Shown piece after piece: positions 45,301-57,104 of a DNA stretch of 64,000 nt (its first letter is position 1; each line of letters opens with the position of its first letter). The stretch comes from Cyanophora paradoxa CCMP329 (lineage: Eukaryota; Plantae; Glaucophyta): contig QPMI01000017.1 in the NCBI GenBank assembly GCA_004431415.1, positions 434,001-498,000 on the forward strand. Direction: 5' to 3'. Made by a program: the position numbers and the translations under genes. Below the pieces are notes generated by a model. It was given only the letters and a program-made list of their open reading frames with translations, searched no databases and had not been told where the DNA came from.

Positions 45301-47608
45301 CACGCCCGGCGGCCCGTTGCGATCTTGCAGGGCTGATCGCGAGGGCAGCGGCGGCGGCGGCGGGGTCGACCGCGCGTACGACGGCGAGCGCTTCGAGTGC
45401 GCGTTTCTGGCAGGGAGCTGCTCTCTGCATTTTTCAGAAACGCAGGGCGCAGCATGCTGCTGGCCGAGTCGCACTGCGGCCGCTTCCGCGTGGTCGGCAA
45501 GGTCTTTGCAATTGGTGCTCGGCACACTGTAAAAATGTTGTTTGCCGTCTCCAACGAGGGCAACCGCGGTGCGACATCCCCCGCCGGCGCCCGCGGCTGC
45601 CCTTTTTCTTTACTGCCCTCAATCCCGCTCGCAGTGCTCGCGTACGTTGGGCTTGGAGCTCACGATCAGCAATGCGCGATCGAGGCCGTTGCGGGCAGCC
45701 CGGAGGTGCCCGCATGCATATGTGTGCGATTCGGGATTGTGTCTCACCGAAAAGCGCGGCGCGGCAGGTCGCACGAGTGATTGTCTGCCGTGACATTAAA
45801 ACCGCTGTACCTGAGGCGAGCCGCGCTGGGCATGCGCCCGCATGCATATGGCGGCACTGCAGCGTGACCCCGCGCGCAGGCCTACGAAGTCAACCCGGAG
45901 CGACTGGGAAGTGAGGTGGAGAAGACTCGGCACGGGACGCTCCTATACAAGCTGGGCGGCGAAAGCAACGAGGTTTGCGACAAGGCTCGGGAGGAGGCGT
46001 GGGAATACGCCTGCCGCGTCGGCCGCCGCTGGGCGCGCTACATGGGCGTCCTCAAAGGGTCCGCACGCGGCTGCCCCGGCCCTGCGTGTACGCGGAGCCT
46101 AATATCTATTCTCAGGCACGTCTCGGACATCTGGGCGGGGCGCTTCGTGGAAGGGGGCGAAAAGTTCCTCTCCTACGACTGCCGGGAGCTCCGCCTCTGG
46201 GACCTCGCCCTCCTCGTGCGTCAACGCGGTCCGGCGCCGGCGCCGTCGCCGCCCGCTCGCGCGCGCCTCCCGCGACGCCCGCGGCCGCGGCCGCCGTCCG
46301 CAGGAAGAGGACGACGAGAAGAAAGACATGGAAGCCGGCGACGCAATCGGCTTCTTCCAATTCAACGAGTACCTATTCGCGCAGCTCACCGCCGCGGCCC
46401 CCTTCTTCGCGCCGGCCGCCGCCAAGCTCAAGGCCAGCGCCGCAGCAGCTCCGGATCCGGGCCTAAATCTAGATCTAGAGCCTCTGGTCGCGTCCCTGCG
46501 CGCGGAGGGCGTACTCTCCGTCGTGCGGCGCCCCGCGGGGGGCGAGCTCAAGGCAAACTCGTCATCGTACCAGGGGCCGCAAATATTTGAGGGCGGGTCC
46601 AACACCCGCAGAAGCGGCCTCGCTGCCCTCGTCGGCACCGCCAAGCTCGACGCGACTTACTTCATCGCCGCCTGTGCCATCGACATCACTGGAGCCAAGG
46701 TTGTGCCCGTGGACGAAGAAGAAGTCGGCGAAGTCTACGTGCGCGCCGGGCTGGCGTACTGGTTCTGGCCGATGTGGCCTTGCTATCAGACGGCGGTCGC
46801 CGCGTCGCCCGGCGTCGGCCCTCTCTGCGTCATCTCGGACTTCCTGGAGGCCTTCCTCGGCTGCGAGGACGGCAGCGTCCACGCCTGCATCCTCATGAAG
46901 GGCCAGCACATTCAGAAAATCAGCCGCCGGGCCTCCTGGTTCCACGCGGGGCCCGTCGTCGCGATCGCCACGTCGGCGTCGGACCCGCGGGCGGCGGGCG
47001 CGGCGAGCCACATCCACGCCGCGTCGCTCTCCCTCGACGGCACTCTCATCCTCGCGACTCTCCCCGCCGCGCCCGCCGTTGGCTGCAGCGCCGCCCTCGT
47101 CGACCGCTTCCCGCTGGCGGCGGGGGCCCCGGCGCCCTCGCTCGTGGCCCTGGCAGAGGCCGCGGGTCCCGCCCCGCCGCCCCTCGCCGTCGCCTGCGGC
47201 TGCGACGTGCTCCTCTACACGCCGGCGGCGCGCGGCGGTTTCGAGAAGCGGCTCCTCCGCTCGCACGGCGGAACCGTGCGCGCAGTCGCATTCACGGCGG
47301 GCGGCCGCATTGTTTCCCTTGCGGAGGACGGTAGCGCGCGCGTGTGGGAGGCCGTGACGGGCCGCCTCGTCTACAAGCTCGGCTTCTGGAAGACCGACGC
47401 GTGGTCCGCCGCCGCCTTTGACGGCGTTTCACGGTGCCCTGCCTGCACATATATATGCATGCATCACACGACACAACGTGCCGAGCGTGACGCCGCGGGC
47501 AGGTCGGGCGCCAACGCGGTCCGGGTGGGTACCAAGTGTTTGCAAGTTGACATCTTCGACATCGTCTCGCTAGACTCGGTGGTGAGACTCGATCAATATC
47601 ACTCGTAG
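39362..47608 (+). CDS. NWD1/2- or TEP1-like STAND NTPase: DUF4062-like N-terminal domain, NACHT/AAA, WD40 repeats
   Basis: VRVFFSSTFSDMEQER, VDMRWGV, ICSEEVARC and GQKYGYRPIP (DUF4062/NWD N-terminus). Walker A GGSGTGKSS (~41653), GRFCGTTP, Walker B LYILIDAVDQL, TPLYLR, ELEDVLSCDDAVL, WFHRQF. WD repeats (VVLWDA, LRLWDL, SHGGTVRAVAF...ARVWE). The 3' end is uncertain. Confidence 0.88.
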
Positions 47609-47666
47609 CATATCTTCTTGCTTTTTATTGTTATGTTTTTATTAAATGTTTACGCTCGCACTGCGC

Positions 47667-49101
47667 ATGCAATTGCAGGCCGAGCCCCAGGACGGCGAGG
47701 CGCCGCCTCCGCCCATCCTCAGCGGCGTGGATGCTTCTGCCAAGAGCCTCAATCTCCGGGCGCGTGCTCCCCCTCCCCCTGATCCCAAACCCCCCCCCCC
47801 CCCCCCCTCCGGGATCCCCGCCCCCTCCTGTCCCCACTAGTACTCCCACCCCATCCCCCCGCCCCCCCCCCCCCCTCGCCCACCTACCCTTCCTCATCTC
47901 TCTCCCCCGGGCCCCCCCCTCCACCCCAGCCCATCCCCACCCCCATCTCCCCACCCCCCCACCCCACCGTACCCCCCCCCCCCCTTTTTGCTGAGCGCGC
48001 CCATCTCGGTCCACGGCCGCAGGCCTACGTCCAGGGGTACATAGACCGGTACACTTTCACGGCGGGCGAGCGAGAGATTATGCAGCAGCCAGCGAGCTGG
48101 TTGGCGCCCCGCCCCTCAACCCAACTTCGGATCCCTAGAAGCTTAAGTACCCGCAGTTTGGAGTACAAGCGCACGCTGCACGGGCTGCCCCCGGGGCGCT
48201 ACTCGGTTTCGTTCGAGGTCAGCGTGGGGCCGGAGACGTGCAAGGGCCGGCTCCACTTCCGCGCGCGCGGCTCGGGCCTCTGGCGGCCGCGCCCGGACCC
48301 GCGAGTCGAAGACTTCAAAGACGACGAAGACGAAGACGGCAACGGCAACGAAGAAAATGACAACGGCAACGATGAAGACGGCAACGACAACGACGACGAC
48401 GACGACGAAGACAACGACGACGACCATCGCGACGACGAGGCGACGCGCCCCGATAGTGACTTCAACAGGTACTTCGAAGTCGAAGAGCAGGAAAAGATCG
48501 CGGGGAAGGGTGCGCTCTTCGCGATCGCCGTTAGCTGGCGCGCGCGCGCGCGTGCGCGTGCACTTCGAAGCCTGAACCGGCCGGGCGCCGCAGGCTGGTG
48601 CGAGGTGCAGCTGCGGTCGATCTTCGTGGCCCGCGCCTGCGACGTCGACGTCACCGTGGCGTGCACGTGCCTCCACTCTAGATCTGACAGCACCCTGTGC
48701 GCGGCCGCGGGCTCCTCCGGATCCCGCAGCCTGCCTGCCTGACTGATCATGAATGAACCGCAGCAAGCACAAGTACGGCTTTGGACGCGTGAAGGTCGCC
48801 TCGCGCGCGGGGCGCCGACAGCGGCCCTCCAACCCTGACCCTGCCCCGGCCCGCCCGCGGCCGCTTGCAGGTTCGCCCCATCGTACTCGGCATGCTCGAG
48901 CCCGGGGACCCGGAGCGAGAGATGCCCTACTATCGCGATTTCGAGAGGACAGACGGCGAGCAGCCCGGCCCCGCCCGGAACCTCGACTGGACGATCGCGA
49001 AGACCGACTGCCCTGCGGAGGCGGATCCCGATCTTCTCAGAGTCCTCGAAGCAGCGCAGAGGGACAAACTAGGATTTGTTGGAGGAGGAGGAGGACCCTG
49101 A
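47667..49101 (+). CDS. Hypothetical protein with a PP2-like/jelly-roll-like domain and an acidic D/N insert (possibly the 3' part of the STAND gene)
   Basis: LHGLPPGRYSVSFEV...GWCEVQL..IFV...DVDVTV...KHKYGFGRVK|VRP pattern. Frames join at plausible introns; start is tentative. Confidence 0.5.
48318..48440 (+). repeat. Coding trinucleotide-like (GAC/AAC/GAA) repeat
   Basis: Encodes DDEDEDGNGNEENDNGNDEDGNDNDDDDDEDNDDD. Confidence 0.85.
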
Positions 49102-49712
49102 TGGAGGACTTCAAAAGTTCCGCCCGATCGCGAGGAGCGAGATCACGGTCCTCTGGCCTGGCAGTTGTCTTCTGCAGTTCATGATTCGGACACTTTCCGG
49201 CACTTTAATTTACGGATACTCTAGCTCTAGATCGAGCTTTAGCTGTATTGTCTTGCGATCGGTATGTGCGAATTTCAGAATTCATTGAACAACGTAATTG
49301 TATATAAACTGCATTCCGACGGACGGCGACGTCGATGGTCCATGATTGTGAATGTGATCATGATCATGAGTCGATGATGCTAATATTTCGGATTCAAAGA
49401 TACTCGAGCTCATATGCATGATCATCGGGCATGCGCATGCGCATATGCATGCACGCGGCGCCGCGAATTGCAATTGATATCGATCATGATAGCTTCGTGA
49501 TATCCTTTCAAGTCTGGCCCCTGCAGCTCATGATCAGCGGCTGGCCTTATGTGTGGCCTCAAGGCCTGCAGCTGGTTTGGCTCTGATTGGATACGATTTC
49601 AAAGCTTCTGAAGGCCAAGCCTTGGTCTTAATTTTGTTGCCTCCGCGGCCGCCCTCTGAATCAATTAGCTATAGCTTGTCGACTGCTCTACTAGGCTACG
49701 CTACACGCACAG

Positions 49713-52203
49713 CTACGCGAGGGCCCAGCGGGGGCCGAGGAGGGGGCGGATGGCGCCCCAGTCCGAGCGGTCGTGGATCTGGCGGGCGAGCACGAGGTCG
49801 CCCGGGGCGGGGGCCGGCCGCGCCGCCATCGCCGCCAGGGGCGCCAGCGCCGCGAGCGCGCCCGAGGCGGCGGCGGCGGCGGCCCCCGCGAGGGTCAGCG
49901 AGGCGCGGCGCAGGCGGGTGCACGCCGCCAGCGCCGCGCACTCCGCGAGCGCCGGCTCCACCTCGTCCCGGTGGTACTCCTCCAGCGTCCCCTGCCCCCG
50001 CCGTCAGCGCGCCGCCGGCCTCGGCATCGAGCCGGCGACAGGGTGGGTGCGGGGGGCGACCTTTGCGGCGCGGATGAGGGCGGCGGCGGCGGCCGCGGAG
50101 GCGGCGGCGAGCGCTGGGCCCAGGGGTTCGGCGACGGTGACGTCGAGGCGGAGGGAGCGGAGGGCGGGGAGGGCGGGCAGGACGGCCGCCAGGCGCGAGA
50201 GGGTGCCGGCCAGCGTCTCCGCCAAGTCGCCGGCGACGTGCACGGAGAGGCGCTCGAGGGACGTGAGGCTGCGCAGGGCGCCGAGAGCCTCGCGGGGCAG
50301 CGCGTAGTCGGTGTGGTACACGTAGTTGTCCCGCGGCCTGCGGGGGTACGGCTCGGAGGAGAGCGCGGGACGGGGCGCGGTGGGGCGGGCAAGTCGTTGC
50401 GCAACGCACAGGCGGAGGCTCAAAGAGCGCAGCTGGGGGTACAGGCGAAAGCCGATTCAAGATGGTTACGAGGGAAAGGAGACGAAGGGGGGGGTACCTG
50501 TTTTGCGGAGGCGAGGTTCGGCCAGCCCGTAAAGTTCCCCCGAAGAGTCAAGTGCCGTAGGCTCTCCTGCAGGGCGGCTCGAAGGGCGGAGGGAGGGCGC
50601 GGGCCCCGCCCTCAATCGAAGACTCTGAGGAGCGCACGATTCCGGCGATGTCCCGCAGAAGGTTGGCTGTGGAGCGCTCGTCGTCGTAGAGCGCGTCGAC
50701 CTCGAGCGTCTCGAGGCTCCGAGAGGCGAACTGTGCGGCCCGTGAGGGGGGTACACGGGACAGCGAGAAGGGGGGGGGGGGGCAAGCCTCGGGGAGGGCC
50801 CAGATGTTCGTCTTGATCGCGAAGGTGCGGAGGCGGGGCAGGCGGCAAAGCGCGGCGAGGGCCGCGGGGGCAACTGGCTGCATCCAGTGGTTGACCAACA
50901 TGTGCAGGACGACGCGGAGCTCCTAGGAGGAGGCCGTCGGCACGGTGAGGCGGGGCGGGGCCGGGCGGCTCCGCCAGCGCACCTCGAGCAGCGGGCACGT
51001 CTTTTCGATGGCGCAGGCGAAGGCCTCCTGGGGGGCCGCAAGCCGCTCCCCGAACTCGTGGGGCCCACGGGGGTACGGGTCCACGTCCCGGTGCGCGATC
51101 CGGAGGGACCGCAGCCCGCCAAGCGCCGGTCCCACCTGTACCCCCCCATTAAAACGAAAACCGCCGGGATTCGAGCCGCGGACCTCCTCCAAGAGCTTGC
51201 CGGAGAAGCCGACGCAGTCGGCGAGGTCGAGGCTCCGGAGGGCCGTCAGACGCTTGAGGCCCGCCACGATCGCCTTGCGGGGTGCCCCGTCTGCCGCCGA
51301 TCGGTTAGCTTTGGGGGTGCAAGATCTCGCACAAAAGGGGGACTCGCCAGGCAGGCGCCGCCGATCGATGACCCTCTCGGTCTGGAGGCGGATGCTGAGC
51401 TCCTCGAGAGTGCCGGCCGCCGGCGCCAGCGCCTTCAGCAGCGCGCCGACGTACGTGTGCCGCGCCGTCGTCTGTGCCGCCTCGTTGGCCGTCGAGCTCG
51501 AGGGGGCGACGTCCCTGTCACCGCCTGTCAAGGGCCGCGCGGTCGAGGGGGGGCGCCGACGCCGCGGGGGCACCCGTGCCAGGCGACGAAGCGACGAAGC
51601 CCCTGGATGCACGAGACGAACGAGAGGAAGGGCCTAGTGGGGCTAGGAGCCCAGAAAGAGAACTGGATTCTGCTGTCGTCGGTGGCGCCGGCGCTGCGAG
51701 AGCGCGCTCAACGCGGCATCGAGTCGGATCGCGCTCGCACGAACCGCGCACCTTTCCACGCAGCGTTGTGAACGCAACAAGTCGATTTCCAGCGCGCCGC
51801 CGGCCGCAAGCCGCATTGCGCCCGACTTCAGGCGCCGCGCCCAAGATCGGAGTTCCGCCTCGCGAACGTCCCGGTACCGCGAGAGTCCGAGCCGCGAACC
51901 CCGCAGCACAAGCGCGCTGACCTCCTCTGACCGCAGCGCGTCGCGCATCCGCCGGCTGACGAGCGGCAGCCGGCAGACATCCCACACTTCTCGCAGGCCC
52001 AAGAAGCCAAAGACGCGATTCAGCAGATCGTCCGGAAGCAGCTCGAGGGCGGAGAGGTTCGGCTGCTGCACAGCAGGCGCTGACGCGTTGCCGGCCGCGG
52101 GCACGAGCTCCGCTGCTGCGGCTGGCGCCCCACGCTGCCGTTTCCGATTCGCAGGAGCGGCCGGCGAGGTCGTTTTGCCACGCTTCTTGCTGCCCCCAGC
52201 CAT
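49713..52203 (-). CDS. F-box/LRR (RNI-like) protein
   Basis: F-box LELLPDDLLNRVFGFLGLREVWDVCRLPLVSRRMR. LRR-like units LTALRSLDLADC, LRSLRI, LPRLRTFAI, LTSLERLSV, LPALRSLRLDV. Confidence 0.85.
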
Positions 52204-52953
52204 TGCGCCAGTCGAGGCGGCTAGCTATAGCTTTAGGCTGTTGCGAACGAAGTGAGCGGCTAGGTTGTGTACCCTTGCAAGACACGGTGACCAGCGCTAG
52301 CAGCGACGTCGACGATCTGTGAAAGCTTAGCGCTGCAGCCGCGGCCGCGGCCGCGGCCACTGCGTCGACGTCGGGCGCCAGTATCAGTGTACACAGCGGC
52401 GCGCGCGCGCGGGGAACTCAGTCACTAGTAGCTAGTACGCGCGGGGGGGCCGCGCCGGGGGCTGGCGCCAGCAGCCGCTGAGCCTCATGATCATGCAGGC
52501 CTTCAAGCTTCCGAAAAGGCTCAAATATACAATCGGTAATCAGCCACTACCACTTAAGCTTCGAATCGGGAAGGAATACTGCGACATTTCTGCAAAAATC
52601 TGGGGAATTACAGTACAACTGATCATGACGGAACTACAGGCCGAGTAATTCCCTGGGGATCAATACAACCTTTCTTACAAGAAAAAGACTAACTTGACTA
52701 GTCATTGGCGGCGACAAGAGGGCGCAGCGATTACTCCAATAAAATCGAAGTGGCGCCACAAAGCTTAAGGTACGCCCTCAAAACATCGACGCCGGAAAGC
52801 ACTGAATGCCGAAAAGATAATACGTAAGACTCGAGCGTGCCCGAGCGAGGAACTAGGTGCGGAAAACCACAATGAACGGGGGCCCTGGTCGGGGCCCCGG
52901 GAAGATGGAGCCCGGCGGCGCGCCCCTGGCCGCCCGCCCCCCGCCGGTCGCGC

Positions 52954-55900
52954 CTACTTGCGGAGGGAGGAGAGGGGCTGGCCGCGCGGGGAGGACTGGG
53001 AGGAGCCGCGGACGGAGCCGGCGGGGGAGTGGCCGTGGGAGGAGGAGGAGGCGTCGCCGGCGGCGGCCGGCTTGAGCATGAGGAGGTCGATGGCGTACTC
53101 GCAGGGGAGGGCGGCGAGGGGCTCGAGGGCGATCACGAGGTCCTTCTGGGTCTGGGCGTGCATGGCGGGGGCCCACTCGTCGTAGAGGCAGGCGAGCACG
53201 GGCTGCGCCGCCCCGAAGAGGTCGCGGAAGGAGGCGTGGAGGCCCCGGCAGTTGAGGGCCGCCCGCAGGAACGAGTGGAACTTGGCGTCTTTGAGGCCCC
53301 ACGCCGAGGCGGCGCGCGCCACGGCGTACGAGCCCGGGTTGATCCGCGCGTTCGCCTCCACGGCGGTGTAGAGGAAGGTGGGGAGCGGGCGCGAGTCCTC
53401 GGGGTCCTGCAGCGGGTTCGCCGCCGCGAAGGCCTCGAAGGCGTCCCAGAGGTGGTACCCCTCGCTGCTGCTCCCGAAGCTGAAGAAGCCGGTCTTCTGC
53501 TTCTTGGCGCCCTTGGCGAAGAGGTCGACGAGGGCGTTGGCGAGGGCGCGCAGGTCGGCGCGCGTCGCGTCCTCCTCGGGGCCGGCCCGCTGCGCGGCGG
53601 CCGAGGCGAAGGCGGCGACGGCGTCGGCGACCTCGCGGACGTGCACGTTGCGCGAGGCGAGCGAGGCGACGGCGCGCTGGAGGGCCATCGGGCCCTCCCC
53701 GCCCCGCGACGGCGTCGACCGCATCGAGGCCAGCGACGAGGGCGGCGAGACGGCGGCCGGGCCGCCCGAGCCGGCGCGGCCGGCGGCGCCGGCGGCGGAG
53801 CGGGCGTCGCCCTGGGCGTCCTCCTCGGCATCGGCGTCGGCGGCGGCGCCGGAGCGCTCCTCGAGCTCGTCGATCCGCCAGAGGGCGTCCTCGAGCTCGG
53901 CGAGGATCTTGCGGTTCAGCTCGTCCACCCGCAGCTTGTCCGTCTCTTGCGCCGCGATCAGCCGCTCCAGCCGCTTGATCGAGAGCGCCGCCCGCGAGAG
54001 CTCGTCGATCACCCCCGCGATGCGCCGGTCCGACGTCTCCTCCTCCCGGCTCAGGTCCTTGCGCAGCTTCTCCTGCTGCGAGGCCAGCGCGTCGATGCGG
54101 GCGCGCAGCTGGGCCAGGTCCAGCGGCGAGCCGGGGCCGCTGAGCGCCATGACCGCGTCCCCTCCCTCGAGCTGCGCGACCACCGGATCGGAGGGGGCGG
54201 GCGGGGGCGGGAGGACGCGGAGACGCACGCGGGAGGCGACGGCGCGGAGGCGGGAGGGGGCCTCGTCGACGAGGGCGCGCTGGGCGCGGGCGTTCTCCTC
54301 CAGGGCCGCCACCCGCTGCTGGATCCCCGCGAGCGCCTCCTCGACCGAGCGCCCGGCGGCGGCCCCGACCTCGTGCGCGCGCGCTTGGATCGCCTGCTCG
54401 ATCAGCTCCGTCAGGCCGCTCAGCATGCCCCGCTGCCGCTCCGCAAGGTCCACGAGCTGCGCGCGCGGGGTCAGCCCGGGGCGGGGCGGGGCGGGGCGAC
54501 GCAGGAGAAGGACGGGGCGGCCGCTCGCCTTGGCCTCCAGGGAGTCGAGGGCGGCGGCGGGGATCTGCATCGACTCCTCGAGCCGCGCCACGCGCGCCGC
54601 GCTCGCCTCCTCCGCCTCGACGGCGCCGCGCGCGAGCTCGAGCACGTGCTTCTTGACCCCGTCGATCTCCGCCGCCGCCGCGCTGCCGTGCTCCTCCAGC
54701 GCCTTCTGCAGCTGCTTCTTCGCCTGCTCGAGGGCCGCCGTATGGACGGCCGCCATCGCGGCCGAGGCCTCCGAGGCCCGCGCCTGCTCGCTCCGGGCCA
54801 CCTCGATCGCCCGCTCCAGCGCCTCGATGCGGGCGCGCGCCGCGCCGGCCTCCTCCGCCGCCCGCTGCGCCGCCGCCGTCGCCCGCGCCGCCTCCTCCGA
54901 GTCGACCCGCTGCCGCAGGTGCTCCCGCAGCTCCAGAAGCGTCTGCTCCACCGCCGCCAGCCGCCGCTCCTGCCCCCGCCGCCCGCTCGCACCGGCGCGC
55001 CGCGGCAGCGAAGGCGCGTGCGGCGCACCCGCTCGTAGAGCGCCGACGAGCGCTCCTCCATCGCGGAGCGCATCGCCGCCAGCTCGGCGTCGACTCTCCT
55101 CGCCTCGTCCGCCGCGCGCGCCTCCATGCCCTCCACCTGCCGCCCCGCGTCGGGCGCGACCCCGGAGCGCGGCACGGGCGCAGCGGACCCGGCGGAGGGC
55201 CCTCGTGGCGGTCGTGATCGCTGTGGACGGGAGTGTGTCCTGCCGCATGGTGCGGATCTCGCTTTGGAGGTGCGAGACCGTCTCCTGGAGCACCCGCAGC
55301 GTTTCCTGCCGCGCGCATGAGGCGCGGACGCGCGAGGCGCGTTTCGAGAGCGATCGAACCTCGCTCACGGAGACATCGGAGCCCTGGGCGGCGTCCTTGT
55401 CGTTGCTCCAGGGCAGAGGGGTCGGCCGGTCGCCCTCCGCCTGGTCTTCGGCGGCACATCCGGGGAGGAAGAACGACCAGAAACTCTTCTCTTTGGGAGC
55501 CGGCGGCGCCCGCACGATGTTCGCCCGCTTCGGCGGGGTAGACCTGGTTTGACAGTCAGCGGCGCGGCGGGCCGGCCGGCGCGGCGGGCGACGAACGTTG
55601 TATTCGACGAGCTTCCTGCATCGATATCTGCGCGAAAAAAATGAGCCGCCGCGGACGAGCAGCGCGTAGGCCACAGAAGCGGGCGGCCGGTCGACCCGGC
55701 TCGCGCTAACGAAACCCGCCGAGACGTCTCCGAAGCCCCGAAAAGCATATCGTACCTTCGCAGTCAAGCTCGTACTCTACATCGGGCCGCCAGCTGAAGC
55801 TCGAGAACGCATCGCGCATCACGGTGAGCCGCACGCCGGGCTGAGAGATGTCGTGCACATAGTTGGCCGACTTGATTTTGTAGCGGCACTTCTCTTCCCA

Positions 55901-56032
55901 ATGCGACAGCTCGCTGATGCGCAGCCGAACTTGGCCCGGAACGCCGCGAACGGTGAAGGACAGCGGAATCATCGCCGCCGAGTCCTGCTGCGGCGTCATA
56001 GCCGTCGGTTGCATCAGCGGTGCGGCCAGCAT
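52954..56032 (-). CDS. Coiled-coil protein with a C-terminal RUN domain
   Basis: Long heptad-rich region, then 'ALANALVDLFAKG...LWDAF...AKFHSFLRAALNCRGL...LYDEWA...LEPLAALPCEY', consistent with the RUN blocks. Confidence 0.78.
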
Positions 56033-56129
56033 CGCTGCTAGCTGCGCTGCTCCGCCCGGCAAGCGGCTAGGCTGATGCTCTTGTTCCGAGTCGACGTCGC
56101 CGCTTCTTCTGCCAGTTGGCGTGGCTCAG

Positions 56130-56500
56130 TTTGGGGTACGCGTACGCTAGCGCTTATAGCGCTTATATATGTGTGTATCAGTGGTTCACAAAATTTCACT
56201 TTCTTATTGCATGCATGCATGCATGCATGCGCATACATGCATGATAGAAACACGATAAATTAAATCAGAAATGTGAATAAATTAGCGTTCAAATCTTACT
56301 TTTAAGCTATATGTATATATATATGTTTAAGAAGCGTAATATTATAATTCGAATTCGATCAGGCTGCATGACTAGTACGTACTAGCTAAAGCTACTACTA
56401 GCTACTAGAGCAGTCAAGTTGCAAGCACCTCCTTCGAGGCTTCGAATTCGACGCCTTTAATTCGAATTCGAAGCTTAAGCTTCGTTCGCGCGCGCACGAG
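56130..56500. repeat. AT-rich tract of chained short palindromes
   Basis: TGCATGCATGCATGCATGC, TAGTACGTACTAG, TTCGAATTCGAAGCTTAAGCTTCG, GTACGCGTAC. Confidence 0.8.
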
Positions 56501-57104
56501 CCGCAGTGCCGCGCGCGCGCGTCCGCCGGGCCGCCTCGCGATCGATCGCCGCTCAGCCAGCCTCAGCGACGCTCACCGCGCCGGCGGCGGGCCGACCGAC
56601 GCTCATGATCACTGATCAGTGGCGACACTGGCGAGTCACTGGCGACTCACAGGCGAATCAGCGGCCAGCTGCAGTGCTGGGCTGTCTGGCCCACTCAGTC
56701 CGGGCCTACTGACCCAGTGGGCGACACACTGGGAGTCACCCGCCCCAGTACTAGTGCCAGTGGCCCGGCCCGAATCGCGGGCGAAAGTTCCCGGGACCTG
56801 CAAGTTGCGAACCGACTCATCATGATCGTATGCATGATCAGCCGATCGCGAGTCGCAACTCGCGATCGAGGGGCCCGGGGGATCCAAGGGAGCCGCGGTG
56901 CCGAGTACGTGCTGCCTCGCATCGCCCCCCGAGTCCCGACGTATGCGGCGGTATGCCGCACGGTATGCGCATGCCCTCCGACTCGGGCTCCGAGTCTCCG
57001 GCGCCTTCGTTCGCGGCCGCGGGCAGCGTGCGCGCGGAACTCGAAAGTTGGCTGAGCTGCAAAATTGCACAAAGGAGAGAAATAGGAGATCGGGGGCGCG
57101 GCGC

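Noticed and set aside
52500-52860. Low-GC island as a foreign gene or ncRNA
   Set aside because: No credible ORF, TIR/TSD or recognisable RNA structure; it is probably 3' UTR, terminator or TE debris.
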